A model generated the notes under the pieces. That model saw nothing but the letters and a program-made list of their open reading frames with translations. It was not told where the DNA came from and did not search any database. Shown piece after piece: positions 172,401 through 188,214 of a stretch of DNA of 248,000 nucleotides (the stretch's first letter is position 1; every line of letters starts with the position of its first letter). Location: NCBI GenBank assembly GCA_951406725.2, contig OX597815.1, positions 189,740,001 to 189,988,000 of the forward strand. Reading direction: 5' to 3'. The position numbers and the translations under genes were made by a program. The stretch comes from Octopus vulgaris. Its lineage: Eukaryota.

Positions 172401-174370
172401 CCGTGCTAGCGCGGAAAACGGACATTAAACGATGATGATGATGATGATGATGATGATATTCAAGGGTTGCTAAAAGCAGCAGCAGAAGAGGAGGCAGTGG
172501 TAGCAACAACTGATGTTGGACACTTGAGGGATGATTGCTACTATACTGACCACAGAGGGATGTAAAGTAGGTAGGTAGGTTTAGTTTGGTACGGTTAGGG
172601 TTAGGGCTTTTTTTTTTTTAAATCATATGGCTGTGTTATTTTTTTTAACCATTCCAAGGAGATTATGTTTTTGTCGGGCTTTGGTTTGGGAAATTGGGCG
172701 ATTTTCAGCATGCATGTTTATGGGTGGAAATGAGCGGCTTGGCAGAGGTCTGCGCCCTCCAAGTGCTTTTCCAGTTTTAAATGGAAACATGTCAGATACT
172801 GTTAACATAATGACAAGATTGCAGGAGAAGCAAACATGTGCGCACTTGCAGATTTGTACACTTTATACACACATCCATCCCTCTCCTTTTATCTCTCTCT
172901 CTCTCTCTCTCTCTCCACACATACCTGTGTGCATGTGCATGCACATGTGCGTATGCATGTATGTGTATGTGTGTGTGTGTATGTGTAAGTTTGTGCATGT
173001 ATGTGTGTTTGTACGTGCATGCGTCTGTGTGGATGTGTGTGCATGCATGTGTGTGTGTGCATGCATGTGTGTGTGTGTGCATGCATGCGTGTGTGTTTGC
173101 ATGCATGCATGTGTATGTGTTTGTGCATGTGTGTGTGCATGCATGCGCGTGTGTGTGCATGCACGTGTGTCTGGGCATGCATGTGCGCGCATGTGTTTGT
173201 GCATGCACGTGTGTGTGTGTGTGTGTGTGTGTAATAGAGAGAGAGAGAGAGATGCACAGACGAAAAGGCAAGACAGGCATCGTCGGAACGGCTTTGATCA
173301 AAGGTCTGCCGAATCAGAGCTCAACCAGGTCTGAACAATAACAACAACAACAAAAACCGCTTGCAAATAAGTCTACATGTTAACATGTAAAGGAGAATGT
173401 CAACATCAAAAATATAGATCAAACCCAATTTATTCAATATGTCAACCAATTTGTCTGAAGTTAAATGAGATATGTAAAATAACACGACAAATAAATCATT
173501 AAAATGTCTTCCAAACGTGAACAACTTAAACAATTAAATGATTCGCTTTCACATCCAGAACATTACTCAGCTGCCGTCAAGTTTATAGATGTAATGCATT
173601 AACTATGGAATGAAATCGAAGACATAATTTATTATACATACAACATTTATGCTATTTGTAAGACAATTTACTCGTAAACTATGGAATGACATTAGAGACA
173701 TAATCTGTTTCGAGACAAAACGTTGATGCTGTTCATAAGAGAACTGACAAATAAATTATTGAATGAAATTGAAGATGCTATCTATTATAGACACAGTATT
173801 TATACTTATACGTAGGACAATTGACTAATAAACTATGGAATGAAATTAGAGACATAATCTACAATACATACAACATTTATTCATCAGTCTATTGACTGAT
173901 AAAATGAAATCAAGAATATTGAAGATAGAAAGCCCTATAGCTATGATATATTCAGTGATAGGCAGGAAGTCAAATTGATGTATAAGATATATTCAAAATA
174001 CTTCTTTGATTTGTTTATTTATGTTGCTAATTCAAAGTTTTACTGTTAAGTGTAGTTGCTAGGAATACTCTAGGCTGTGCTGTGCTGTGTCTATACATAC
174101 ATGATAAACACAGAGATAATATTCTTTTATTCTTTTACTTGCTTCAGTCATTTGACTCTGGCCATGCTGGAGCACCACCTTTAGTCAAACAAAGTGACCC
174201 CAGGACTTGTTCTTTCTAAGCCTAGTACTTATTCTATCGGTCTCTTTTGCTGAACCGCTAAGTTACAGGTACGTAAACACACCAACATCGGTTGTCAAGT
174301 GATGGTGGGATAACAAACACAAATACATAAATACATGCATACATACATGCATACATACATGCATACATAC

Positions 174371-174414
<44 letters not shown>

Positions 174415-177400
174415 ATGTATGTATGTATATGACAGGCTACTTTCAGTTTCTGTCTACCAAGTTCACTCACAAGGCTTTGGTCAGCCTGAGGCTATAGCAG
174501 AAGACACATGCCCAAGGTGCCACGCAGTGGGATTGAACCCGGAACCATGTGGTTGGGAAGCTAGCTTCTTACCACACAGCCACTCTTGCACCTATATTAT
174601 TATAACATTTATTGTACATATTTATATAAATTTCTGATGACTGCTGGTAGAGATGTAGGAGATCAGAATAGGGTGTATGCATAACAACTGTACATAGCAA
174701 TAATTAGTAAGGTGCAAGATGCCAGAAAGAGGAAGAGTTGGTCCATGTAGAAAGCACCCATGCTGGTACCATAAGAAAATCGCTCATGCTGGGTACCTCA
174801 TGAAAAGCACTTGTGCTGGTGCAACATAAAAAGTACCCAGTCCACTCTGTAAAATGGTTGGCATTAGGAAGGGCATCCAACCATAAAAAAACCATGCCAA
174901 AACAAACAAGTAAAGCTTGGTGCTGCCCTTCGACATGCTGGCTCTTGTCAACCCATACCAGCATGAAAAATGAATGTTAAATGATAATGATGATGATATG
175001 GATTCTGCATGTGTGTTTGCTTGTTGAAAGCTGAGATGTGCTTTTAGCAAAAACTAATCTGCCTCTAGCTTGTTTTTGGTGAGAAGTGAAGATGTGTCTC
175101 ACGGGTTTCTCTCTCAAACTCTGCAGTTGTTCTTTGTGGGTTTTTGTTTTTGGTTTTAATACACTGAAAAGAGAAGGAACCACAAAGACATTAGGAATGG
175201 TTTACATGACATGAAATGCTATCCCTGCAAACTGATTGATTGTTAACCCTTTTTTTTACTATATTTCTGTTGAGATGCTCTGTGTTTCATTCAATCATTT
175301 TTAAATATAACAAAGAATTTAACAAAATAACTTAGTTATCATTAAGCTAGTGTTATGAACATAAATTGTGACTAAGGTTTGGAAGATTTTAATTCAAGAC
175401 TTATGAAGACAAGACATTTGTACTCAGAGCCAGTGGTGGTTTCAGCCAGGATGATAACAAAAGGGTTAATAAGGATAGACCACATGACATGAGTGTGATC
175501 TATGTCTGGTATGGACCTGTTAACTGAAAAATGTGAGGTTCAATTCTAGGTCTCACCGCATATATATTGTAGGAGCTAAATTCAGATTTTGTAGGCTCCT
175601 GGGCTGCATATACTGACCTGGCTCACAGTGATATTTTCAAGAACTCTTCCCTAAATTTCTAGATTAACTAAAAACTTATTGACAACTCTCAGAGGTCCCT
175701 GAATTACAGCTCATGCCTTAATCCCTGGATTAACAGCTTAGTGACAGCTTACTGAGCTGCATGGATTACAGTCTCTAAAGCACATGCCTTAATCCGGCAC
175801 TGGACATCATATGTATTCTGGCATCTTGGAATTGATTATCTTTAGTGATGTGAGACATTCCATACATAGCACAACTGTGTTCGAATGATTTCCTGCCATT
175901 ATTTATAAGTTCCGAGAAGACACATTCAGTTTAGTTTATGTGACAAGATAACAAGTGCATAATAATTATATTTGCATATTTGTACAATTGTTTATTTTTT
176001 CATTTTCCCACCTGCCAAGATTATGTAACAAGGTAATTATCATTGTTATTATTATCATCTTCATCATTATATTCATCATTATTATTAACATTATAAAGGC
176101 GGTGAGCTGGCAGAATCGTGAGCATGCCGGGTGAAATGCTTAGCGGAAATTCATCTGTCTTCACGTTCTGAGTTCAAATCCTGCCAAGGTTGACTATGCC
176201 TTTCATCCTTTCAGGATAGATAAATTAAGTACCAGTTGAACACTGAAGTCAATGTAATTGAATCATCCCCCTCCTTCCTCAAGCTTCCTCCATATTTGCT
176301 GCCCTTGTGCCAAAATTCGTTACATGGCACAGGCACCAGTGTTTTTTATGTGACACCATCACCAACAGAGTCACCAAGTGCCTTGCTAGACAAAAAAGAC
176401 AAAACCCCCTCAGTCAGGTGGGTAGTAGTGAGGGAGAGTACAGGACACCACAAATAAACGTAGAACACAATGAGAAAACATAAAAACAAACACGGAAACG
176501 GACTTTTTTTAACAACGAAAAAACAGAATACAAGACAAACAATACAAGGAATATTCCCCTTCATCAGCTGCCCCTGGTTCGACTCAATGCGTGTTTCGAA
176601 GGTAAGGGTATATATATATATATATAAATGTGTTTCTGTGTGTGTGTGTGTGTGTATGTGTTCTCCACTACTTGGTAACTGGTGTTGGTGTGTTTATGTT
176701 CCCATAACTTAGCAGTTTGGCAAAAGAGACCAATAAGTACCGGGTCTGAAAAACCAAAAAAAAAAGAAAACTGGAATTGATATTCATTTGACTAACATTT
176801 CTTCAAGGCAGTGCTCCAGCATAGCCACAATCAAATGACTATAAGATGAAAGATAAAAGATACTGTCAACGAGACACACATACAAACATCCTTCTCTCTT
176901 ACGTAGACACATGCACAATTTCTCTCTCTGTCTCTCCTCACCTCTTTCTCTCTCTCCCACCTCTCTCTCCCACCTCTCTCTCTTCTCACTTCTCTCTCTC
177001 ACACACACATACACACGCTCTCTCTCTCTCTAAAAGAGGTCTCCATTAACAAAGATAACACAAAAGGAGAATAAGATTTATATATTATGTTCAGTCATTT
177101 CTGAAGAAAATTTTCACATAGGAGTGGCTGTGTGGTAAGTAGCTTGCTTACCAACCACATGGTTCCAGGTTCAGTCCCACTGCGTGGCACCTTTGGCAAG
177201 TGTCTTCTACTATAGCCTCGGACTGACCAAAGCCTTGTGAGTGGGTTTGGTAGACGGAAACTGAAAGAAGCCCATCGTATATATGCATATACATGCATGT
177301 GTGTGAATATGTTTGTGTGTGTGTGCTTTTCCCCCCAACATCACTTGACAACCAATGCTGTTGTGTTTACATACCCGTAACTTAGCGGTTCGGCAAAAGA

Positions 177401-179571
177401 GACCGATAGAATAAGTACTAGGCTTACAAAGAATAAGTCCCGGGGTTGATTTGCTCGACTAAAGGCAGTGCTCCAGCATGGCCGCAGTCAAATGACTGAA
177501 ACAAGTAAAATAATAAAAGAAAAGAAAAGAATTTTATTTCAGTTATAAAATAACTGTGAGAACAGAAACTTGGGAAATTAATGTATTTGAACTAAAGGAT
177601 GGAAATCCTATGTGGTCGCTCAACCTGATAGGAGTTCAACCACTGAGAAAGTCAGATAGAGACAGAGACACACAAAGATATCTATTAACCCAGAAAATAA
177701 TGAAAGGCAAAGATGACTGTGGCAGGATTTGAACTCTGGATGCAAAGAGCCATAACAAGCTCTGCAAGACTGATTATTTTGCCAGTCATCCCCCATATTG
177801 AATAATGTGGAAGTATGTGAAACTAAATAAACTGAATTTTATTCCATATTTTGATTATTAAATTGAAAACGACAATGGCTTTAAAAAATGTAAATGACAT
177901 TAATATCAATTTTTAATTAAGTTGAACTATCTTTCAATTAAATTCCAGAAATATCATTGATAGTCTTTCATTACAAACTGAATTGTCATTACAATGCTGA
178001 AACCTCACTCCATCCAACCAATTATCATATTCTTATTTTTAAAATAAAATTCAAGCTCATTTAAACACATCATTATGACAAAATATCATGGCACAAATCT
178101 GATTTTGTGTCAAGTCATTGAAATGCTGCAAAAATGATTAAATGTCACTTATAGTGAATGTTAATGTATTTAACTAACCTGAAATGTTTAATCAATAAAG
178201 TCCACTTACATCAGGGGTTCTCAACCATTTTTTTATCTATGGACCCCTTCAATTACTATTTTTTTTCTGGTGGACTCCCATAGCCATTTGATGTTTAAAA
178301 ATAGTTTTATAGAAACTGGGATGAGGTGGTCAAGCATGACCTTCGAACGTTGGACCTCACAGAGGCAATGCCAAAAGACCGAGACCTCTGGAGATATGCT
178401 GTGACTGCGAAGACCCGACAAATGAAGTGAGTTCATGGCTCGCAGGACAGCCGGCTGTGCTGACCTTGGATTGTAGAGTGACCTGCTGTGCTTGAGGAGA
178501 CCTATTGAGTCAAGTACATCAACATCAAAATAAGAATCAAATGGAAATTGTAGTTGGGATGCCTGTGCCAGTGGTACATAAAAATCACCATCTGAACGTG
178601 GCAGATGCCAGCGCTGCCTTAACTGGCATCCATGCCAATGGTACGTAAAAAGCACCAACTGAGTATGGACATTGCCAGCCTCCTCTGGCTCCTGTGCTGG
178701 TGGCACGTAAAAAGCACCCACTACATTCATGGAGTGGTTGGTGTTAGGAAGGGCATCCAGTTGTAGAAACACTGCCTGATCAGACTGGAGCCTGGTGCAG
178801 CCTACTGGCTTGCCAGTCTTCAGTCAAACTGTCCAACACATGCTAGCATGGAAAACGGACGTTAAACGACGACGATGATGATAATGTCTTTTAAAATTCC
178901 TAGTTTGTTTTTCACACATTTACTCATGTAGGTTGAACCATATAAAATGTTAGAGGAAGAAACCTAGCTGTTTCTTGCAACACATACCAAGATATACATC
179001 TAAAACCAAATTTTTTGAGGATCCCTAATTTTCTATTTTGTTACATGGACCCCCAAAAATCTTATATGGACCTTCAGGGGCCATGTGGACCCTTGAGAAA
179101 CACTGGCTTACAGAGTTTAAACATCACGAAGAAGAATGATAAATACGGTCCCTTATGGGTGGAATGTCATTCAACATGATGTGTTGCATCCATTTTGCAG
179201 TCTGGGTCTCATCAGGTGCATCCACACATTATGTTGTGTCTCGCTAAAGGTCCTGAGTTTTGGTTGTCATGTCGTTATGTGCCCGTCTGGTTAGCGACTG
179301 AAACTTTACAACAATTCTCAATCAACCCTTTCGTTACTGTATTTTTTTGAGATGCTCTGTGTTTCTTTCAATTAATTTTAAATATAACAAAGAATTTAGT
179401 AAAATAACTTAGCCACCATTCAGCTAGTATTAGGAACATAAATTGTGACTAAGGTTTGGTGGAAGATTTTTATTCAAAACTTATGAAAATAAGACATTTG
179501 TACCCAGAGCCAGAGTTGGTTTCAGCCAGGTTGGTAACCCAAGGGTTAGGATTGTTTCTCTATTATATATT

Positions 179572-179798
179572 TTAACCCCTTTGTTACCATATTTCTGTTG
179601 AGATGCTGTGTTTCTTTCAATTAATTTTAAATATAACAAAGAATTTAGTAAAATAATTTAGCCACCATTCAGCTAGTATTAGGAACATAAATTGTGACTA
179701 AGGCTTGATAGGAGATTTTAATTCAAAACTTATGAAAATAAGACATTTGTACCCAGAGCCAGAGCTGGTTTCAGCGGGGTTGGTATCAAAAGGGTTAA
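179572..179798. mobile_element. piggyBac-like MITE
   Basis: TTAA-CCC...GGG-TTAA ends; related copies at 10102-10330, 175232-175470, 179322-179550 and 208430-208715. Confidence 0.7.
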
Positions 179799-181311
179799 AT
179801 TAGCTTTCTATAATAATTGCAAACATTTGTAAAATATAGACAAATAACTGCTTATAAAAAAGAAAAAATTGGTAGGGGAAGTGAACGGATGGGCAGGGAT
179901 GGATTGAGTCACATTGGGTTTAAGACAAAAGAATGGTACTAGAAAAGAGAAGGGGGCAGATATATGCAGGCTAGAATGTCTAGGGGCTGAAAGGTTGTTG
180001 AGCTAGCTATCATAGGTCAGGATGCATATACATGCATTCACATACACATGCTCATACATACACTCACACAAGGGATATTGGTCCACCTGCCCTTATTGTC
180101 AGGTTTGTATAATTCATGTTTGTATAACCCATGATTGGAAGACAATCTTACCAGAAGTCTGTCATTGCAGTCACCTCAAAACTAGGGCAGCTCGCAGACA
180201 ATCTGACTCGCTTCACATTTATATTACTGAAGGTGAATCACATACCCCTACACATATATATACATACCCACATGCATACATACACTCACACATACATATG
180301 TACATATACATGCACTTTTTTATATGTATATATTTACACATACATATACATACCTGCTCCTACCTAATACATATATTTTTATAAACACCCATGTACACCC
180401 ACCCACACACACACAGGTGTATGCATATACCCATACACATATATATTTATACACACACACATATATACACATGCATATATATATATATATATATCTGCAT
180501 ATACACATAATAGAAAAATGTTACAAAATAGAAGCTACATGTGGAAATGTAAGGGGAATGTATATATATTCATACACATGCATGTGCAATCCACATACAT
180601 GCACATACATGTATGTAGGCATACACCCACACATAAACGCCCCACTCTCCCCACACATGTATACATATATCTACACACGCCCACCCACACACAAATATAC
180701 TTGCACACATACACATTCCTGCATCACGTTAGTTTTTCAAGCATTAACTAATTGTTGGTATATAATATCATTATTATTATTATTATTATTATTAATAAGT
180801 AGCTGCATTGTAAGGTTACATATCTGAACTTATATGAACATCAATATTTGCTCACAAGTGCAAAAATATAGAAAAACATATTTTTGCTTCTCTACATAAT
180901 CCATCTGTTCTGTTAGTTTAGAGGCTAATCTCTGATACCTTTTAGTTTACATACTTTAGTGACTCACAGTTGTGTTCCAGAGGTATCATGTAGGAACGTT
181001 GCTACAGGTCACTCAGCTATAGAAATGAGTTGCGACATCACTAGTGCCAAGCTGTATCGACCTTTGCCTTTCGCCACCAGCGTGGTGGTATCTCTTAGAT
181101 ACCCTAAATTATAATTTTAATAATAATTATTACCTTTGAAGGTTTTTATTCCCATGCTGGCCACCTGATATGATTGGTATTTAAATAACGATCTTATCCT
181201 TATTTATATAAATTTATATATTTACTTCGTCATTATATTCACTGTGGTGGTATTTTGATCATATCACACCAGGAGTTTTAGGCAGACAATTTAAACTGGT
181301 CGTGTGCATAC

Positions 181312-181369
<58 letters not shown>

Positions 181370-181400
181370 ACGTTCGTATATGTAAGTATATCATATGTTG

Positions 181401-181459
<59 letters not shown>

Positions 181460-181488
181460 TATTTGTATTTATGTGCTATCTGAGTATA

Positions 181489-181545
181489 TTCCACTGATGA
181501 AGGCAAAGCATTTCTTATGCAGAGCCAGAAATCCGGGATCTGGAA
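181489..181545 (+). ncRNA. Type-I hammerhead ribozyme motif with canonical core
   Basis: Stem I TTCCA/TGGAA, CTGATGA, stem II GGC/GCC, GAAA, stem III ATCC/GGAT, cleavage triplet AUC; degenerate sister copy at 34938-34993. Confidence 0.75.
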
Positions 181546-182895
181546 TTATCCAGTATTTTTTTGTTTTGCTAGTTCATTTTGTCTCTTCTCTCCTGGTGCT
181601 GTATGACCATTTAATGTTGTTTTAGAGTCAAGTTTTGGCTGCTATTTCCAGCGTGATTGTATCTCTTAGATACCCTAAATTATAATTTTATATACATACA
181701 TATATATATATATACACACATACACACACACATATATTTGAGTTGTGATATGCCATTTAATTTAGATATATCATATAAAACACTTCACAAAAAGAGTTAC
181801 ATTTTTGTTGTTCGTTAGGCTTCTAAGTAAGTTCAGATCACACTGACAGATGATTCACAATTATAACGAGGGATTATTCAACCCAGGACTTGAAGTGCCA
181901 TGGAAACCAGTATCCATAAGAATCTGATAGGCTAATTCCTCTTCAAAAAAGAACAAAAACACCTCACTATCATCTTGAATTTTGAAGGGACTTCCACTCA
182001 ATTCCAGCGCCTGAAAGCCTTTTTGTTCTACCAGCTAAAACTCTTTTGAATGCCCAGCTATTAATCAAGTTATGTTAGCTTTGACCAACCTGTATTCTTG
182101 TATAATCTGGAACTACATTTCCCAATATGTAAAACAAGAGGATATGATTTGAGGGAGATTTTCACATATTTTTAGTAGGCTGAGCGCCCTTTTATTGGTT
182201 TCATATTGGCTTTTCTTTAGGACATGTTTTGACATATTGTGGTATTAAATTTCTTCATTTACTACGAATTGTCGCATAGTAATAAATCAAAGAATAATGG
182301 AATCACTTCCCGCACATATAAAGAGAAGATGAACTCCTAAAGCTAAATCTAACCTTCTGCAAGGTAGAATACTTTTCTAAAAACATTATGACATATCCAT
182401 TATTGACACTGTTATCCCAACTACAATAATTTGATTACCTCTACGACAATAGCCTGCAGAGATTCTAGCTTATTTTCCTTTATTGCATGATTCTATTTCC
182501 AGGTAGCAATCAGAATGCATTCATAGTTTTAATGGGTTATGGAAAAATATATGGGAATCGAATTGAATTTAATTCAATTTGAAAGGGAAACGATAGTGTA
182601 TTGCCTTGGCATCACATGCTTCGGTAAATATATAATGGGTTCAGATTTAGAAATGAAATATTCTGACTGTTTATTTACCTTTTTTATTTTTATTTATTTA
182701 TCTTATATATTGCAGGTTTGTGAACAATAGAGTCGTTAGTGACAAGTTTGCAATGCATCAGTCTACAATCTTTGCTCCATTTCTGACAGCAAGAGTGACA
182801 GGGGAGCACGACCGGATTTTCACTAATATTTATAATCTTCAAATCTTCACCAATATACATTGGCAAAAGACTTACAATACGTGTAAACAGATGTG

Positions 182896-182934
<39 letters not shown>

Positions 182935-184391
182935 CAAATAAGAAAATGGAGAAACAAATTCAGTTTGTTCATCAACTTACGGATATTATAATGTTAGATT
183001 ACGTGCGGATGGCACGTAAAAAGCACCCACTACACTCACGGAGTGGTTGGCGTTAGGAAGGGCATCCAGCCATAGAAACACTGCCAGATTTGACTGGGCT
183101 TGATGAAGCCTTCTGGCTTCACAGACCCCAGTAGAACCGTCCAACCCATGCTAGCATGGAAAACGGACGTTAAACGATGATGATGATGATGATGATTTAC
183201 AAATGAGAATATCAAAAGCATACAAAATATTATATAAATCAATAGATAATATATTATAATACAAATACAGTCTTTAAAAGTCATATTATAAATTATTGCC
183301 CGTAGTGGGTTACACCCATAACCCCTATCTTACTTTATACATATATATATATATATATCTTGTATAAACTTTCGTGGGTAAGACTGGAACAATGCAAAAT
183401 ATGGAACAATGCTGGAACAATGCAAAATAAATCAAAGGTAAATCACAAGAAAACAGGCAAATGAATTAATGATTTACCTGATTTCTTGTGATCTATCTTG
183501 GATTCCTTTGACATAGTTCCAGCCTTGCCCACAAGTTTTATATAATTCATTCCACACAATGCTTCATACTAACTATTCCATATATATATAATCAAAATAA
183601 GCAACAGGATATCAAGTAGTGATGCAGTGTGACCAGTGGCTCCATTTAATTGAACAATGTAATCATTACATCAATTTAAATGCAGTGCCATCTTCAGCTG
183701 CATAAATAAATAATGGAATTTTAACAAGTAGGATTTTTAACATTAATATGATAAATATAAATTAATATAATTAATAAAAATAACATTAATATAATTTGTC
183801 TTAAACATTTTAACAGAGCAAGAATATGGACGAAATTCATGTTGTCACTATTGTAGCTATATATATATATATATATATTGTTGTTGTGACCCCTTTGATC
183901 ATGAATGACCATGAGATTGCACCGTGAAAGACCAGCAGTCACCCATGCATACCAGCCACCCCTCTCCATGCCGGCGATGTTTTCCATGGGAAAGGCAAAG
184001 GCCAATACAGCTTGGCACCAGTGACATAGCAGCTCATATATTAATGTGCAGGAGGCTGAGTACTCCACAGACACGTATACCCTTAATGTAGTTCTCAGGG
184101 AAATTCAGCATGGCACAGAGTATGACAAGGCTGGCCCTTTGAAATACAGGTACAACAAAACACGAAAAAAGAGTGAGGGAAAGCTGTGGTGAAAGAGTAC
184201 AGCAGGATTCACCACCACCCACTACTGGAGCCTCATGGAGCTTTAGGTGTTTTCGCTCGATAAACACTCACAATGCCCATTTTCAGAATTGAAACCATGA
184301 TCCTACAACTGCGAGTCTGCTGCCCTAACCACTGGCCATTGCGCCTCTACATATATATATATATATATATATACATACACAACTATTGTAG

Positions 184392-184434
<43 letters not shown>

Positions 184435-184494
184435 CACATATATACATACATATGTATATGTACATACTTACATCTATAAGTATATATATCATCA

Positions 184495-185240
184495 TCATCA
184501 TCATTTAACGTCTGCTTTCCATGCTAGCATGGGTTGGACGGTTCAACTGGGGTCTGGGGAGCCCGAAGGCTGCACCAGGCCAGTCAGATCTGGCAGTGTT
184601 TCTACAGCTGGATGCCCTTCCTAACGCCAACCACTCCAAGAGTGTAGTGGGTGATTTTATGTGCCACCGACACAGGTGCCAGACGAGGCTGGCGAACGGC
184701 CACGCTCGGATGGTGTTTTTATGTGCCACCGACACAGGTGCCAGACGAAGCTGGCGAACGGCCACGCTCGGATGGTGTTTTTATGTGCCACCGACACAGG
184801 TGCCAGACGAAGCTGGCGAACGGCCATGCTCGGATGGTGTTTTTATGTGCCACCGACACAGGTGCCAGACAAGGCTAGCAGACGACCACGCTCGGATGGT
184901 GTTTTTATGTGCCACCGACACAGGTGCCAGACGAAGCTGGCGAACGGCCATGCTCGGATGGTGTTTTTATGTGCCACCGACACAGGTGCCAGACAAGGCT
185001 AGCAGACGACCACACTCGGATGGTGTTTTTTTATGTGCCACCGACACAGGAGCCAGATTAGGCTGGCGATCGGCCACGATTGGATGGTGATTGTTACGTG
185101 CCCACAGCATGGAGGCCAGTCGGTGCGGTACTGGCTACGGCCACGTTCGGATGGTTTTCTTGTGTGTCACCGGCACTGGTATCACAAGATACAAATTCCA
185201 TTGATGTTCATCTATTTTGATTTTGTTTGATTTTTGATTT
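184495..185240 (-). mobile_element. 5'-truncated RTE 3'-UTR copy with an internal 62-bp tandem array; roughly 40 such (GAT)n-tailed copies in the window
   Basis: Matches the 3' UTR of the LINE at 163041-163645. Confidence 0.85.
184661..185050 (+). repeat. 62-bp minisatellite, 6 units plus a partial unit
   Basis: GTGCCACCGACACAGGTGCC recurs at 184661, 184723, 184785, 184847, 184909, 184971 and 185035. Confidence 0.95.
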
Positions 185241-186899
185241 TATGCATATATATATATGCATATTGGGCACAGGGTATCAAGAAACGTGTACAACAAAATG
185301 TACGAGTACATGGAATATGAGCTACTTTTTTATTAACAACGAAAGACATAAATGGAAAACAAGAGAAACAACATAAAGAACGACCCTTCGTTGGTTGTTG
185401 GCTGTTTTTCTAGTCTCGTATTTTGAGCATTTAACAATATATGCTTTCGATAAAATAGTTGCTCCCGCAAAGCAAATTAAATAAAATTTGGGATTTTGCA
185501 GAGGGTCAAAATCGGTAACACAAACAGGACAGTGAAAACAAACAGGAAGGGCTGCTAAGCCTAAACGAGGTTGTGGTGGCAAACGCATAAATCAGGCTTG
185601 GACAGGAGACAGACAAGAACACGTCTTCCACACAGCCACACTTTTATACAAGAGGAAGATATGGTAGGCCTATAGAGACATTTAATCTATTTCTTCATTA
185701 TCACTCTTTTGTTACTTTTCTTCAGCTTATCTAAATATATTAATTTACAGGGTATTTTTCCCTGATTTATGATATTCCTTGTAATAATTGTAATAATTTC
185801 ATACTCAAGCACCATGTAATTTGAAGAAAATGGTTTTGTTAATTTAATTAAAAGTACATTACAGCTAATAAATATAGAATTTATGAACTTCCTATGAAGA
185901 CAAAAATTGATTATTGATATCAATGTAAATATCTTAAACCCTGGTGACTACTGTTTTTGTAGTAATTTTCTTCAAGAAATTAATGTAAATATACTTTATA
186001 ACTGGAAAACTATTTGTTCTCATTGAAAATCTATAGATCTATATATCGGTTGATTAATTTCTGTATTAATCTATATCACTAGTTGAAGTCTAAATAGATT
186101 ATATGTGTGTTAAAGAAAGCTTATATGTGTTCAGAGCTGTGGTTCTCATCACAACCATGTTTTGCCTAGGAACTGCTTTGATTCCAATTTCCCTTTACTG
186201 ACCCTCATAAACATTTCATGCTTAAAAAATCTTGTGTTTTTATAATTACAAGGGTGTACTGCAAATTTCCTGGGTTTGGGTAAAAGAAAATACAGGAAGA
186301 TCAGTTAATTATGATTTTATTCAACATATACCCCTTTCAGATTCATACACTTATTGCAGCAGCCCTTCAGTTTTTCTAAGCCCCGTAAAAGAACTCAGAA
186401 GGTGGGGCCACCAACCAGGCCCCTTTGCAATACCCTTAAAGTCAGGAACTTTTCAGCACCCCCTTATTAGGAATTGTATTTAAAAATTGTTAATCTATTT
186501 TGTGTTTTGCAGAAATATAACTAGTTTATTGTACATACATTTTAATAACCAACTCTTACATGGACCCCCAGAGACCACAGGGACCCCAGTTGAGGATCAT
186601 AGGTTTAGGGTATTATGAAACAACAGTAGCCACCAGAGAAATCACATTTGTGAAAAAATACATTTGAAGAGCATTCCAGCTTAACTTTGAATGAGTATTC
186701 TGTTGCGTCTGGGGAGGGTCATTTTCTTTTTGTGCCTTATAATTTAACACACTCACCGGTAAAATTTCCACTTATTTCTTATTTTTATTTTCCTAAAATT
186801 TTCGTTGCATCTTGCAACCTTTTCAATAGTCTTGACTCTTGAATGAGCAGACATTATCAAATGAATTCTAGCCATAACTATTTTGTATTTTTAGTTATT

Positions 186900-187600
186900 T
186901 TATTGACTGAGGAGAGCGAAAAGCTTGGATTGATGATTAACTGCCAGAAAACCTTCCCAATGGTCTGTACCAAGAAGGCACAGGTACCTACATGTTGCTT
187001 GATGGTAAATGGCACTGGGATGGAGCAGAAGGACAGTTTCATATATCTGGGAAGTTGGATAACATCAGATGGAAGGTCAGATAGAGACATTGAATGCAGA
187101 ATTGGATTAGCAAAGATGACTTTTATGGATATGAAGAGCATTTTTGTGCAAAGAGAATTGGAATGGAAGTCAAGAAAAGACTAGTGAAGTGCTACATCTG
187201 GTTGGTGCTAACGTATGGGTGTGAGTCTTGGAGAAGAGACTCAGAGCTGCAGAAATGTGGTTTTATAGAAAAATGATTAGAATCTCGTGAGTACAGAGGG
187301 TGACGAATGTGGAAGTGTTGGAGAAGATGAAAGTGAAGAGACAGTCTATGGATACGATCAGAGAGAGTCAGTGGAGATTTGATGGTCATTTTCTCAGAGA
187401 GGATAACAGAACGGAGTGTTACATGGCGGAGATTGAGCTGGTGGAGAGGAGGGCGAGAGGAAGACAGAGAATGAAGTTGTTTGACTGGATGAAGAAGAGA
187501 ACGAACATGCAGAGTGAGAAAGACCTGGATGATGTTGTGAGAGACAGAAATAAATAGAAGAGGAACAAGCCATGATTTATCAAAGGCATGAATGCACCAT
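186900..187600 (+). pseudogene. Degenerate RTE LINE RT C-terminal fragment
   Basis: GLMINCQKT, FIYLGSWITSDGRSDRDIECRIGLAK, LTYGCESW, RRARGRQR; frameshifted. Confidence 0.8.
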
Positions 187601-187989
187601 GAAGCAAGAGGAGGAGGAGATGAAGGAGGAGGAGGAGACGAAGGAGGAGGAGGAGGAGGAGAAGAAGAAGAAGAAGAAGAATATATTTTATCCAATATTA
187701 TCCAATGTGTCCCTTATTTTAATGGTACAGGTAGAATATAATTTGAAGGAGATTTCATTGCCATTTCTAGAAGACTAAGCAACCACGAAGAGGTACCTCT
187801 GTTAGTTTGTTTACAATGCAGTTGACTTATATGTCGTTCAACTTAACTCAAGGCAATCTGACTCTCTTCCATTTTGTAAAAGATGAAAATGTAATTGCAA
187901 AAGGAATTACTGTTTCATCTCCAGATGTTTAAATCTGCTTTTCTTTCCAGGAATTTGTCAGATATAATTTGCTGGATAGTTAGTTTGAT

Positions 187990-188123
187990 TTCTCTGAAAA
188001 TACAACAGCAGCAGCAACATCATCATCATCATCATCATCACCATCATTATCATCACCACCATCATCACCACCACCATCATCATCATCATCATCACCATTA
188101 TCATCATCACCACCACCACCATC

Positions 188124-188155
<32 letters not shown>

Positions 188156-188182
188156 CATCACCATCATCATCATCACCACCAA

Positions 188183-188214
<32 letters not shown>

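Noticed and set aside
184661-185050. CRISPR-like periodicity in the 62-bp repeats
   Set aside because: Units are contiguous with no unique spacers, lie in a LINE UTR, and there are no cas genes.
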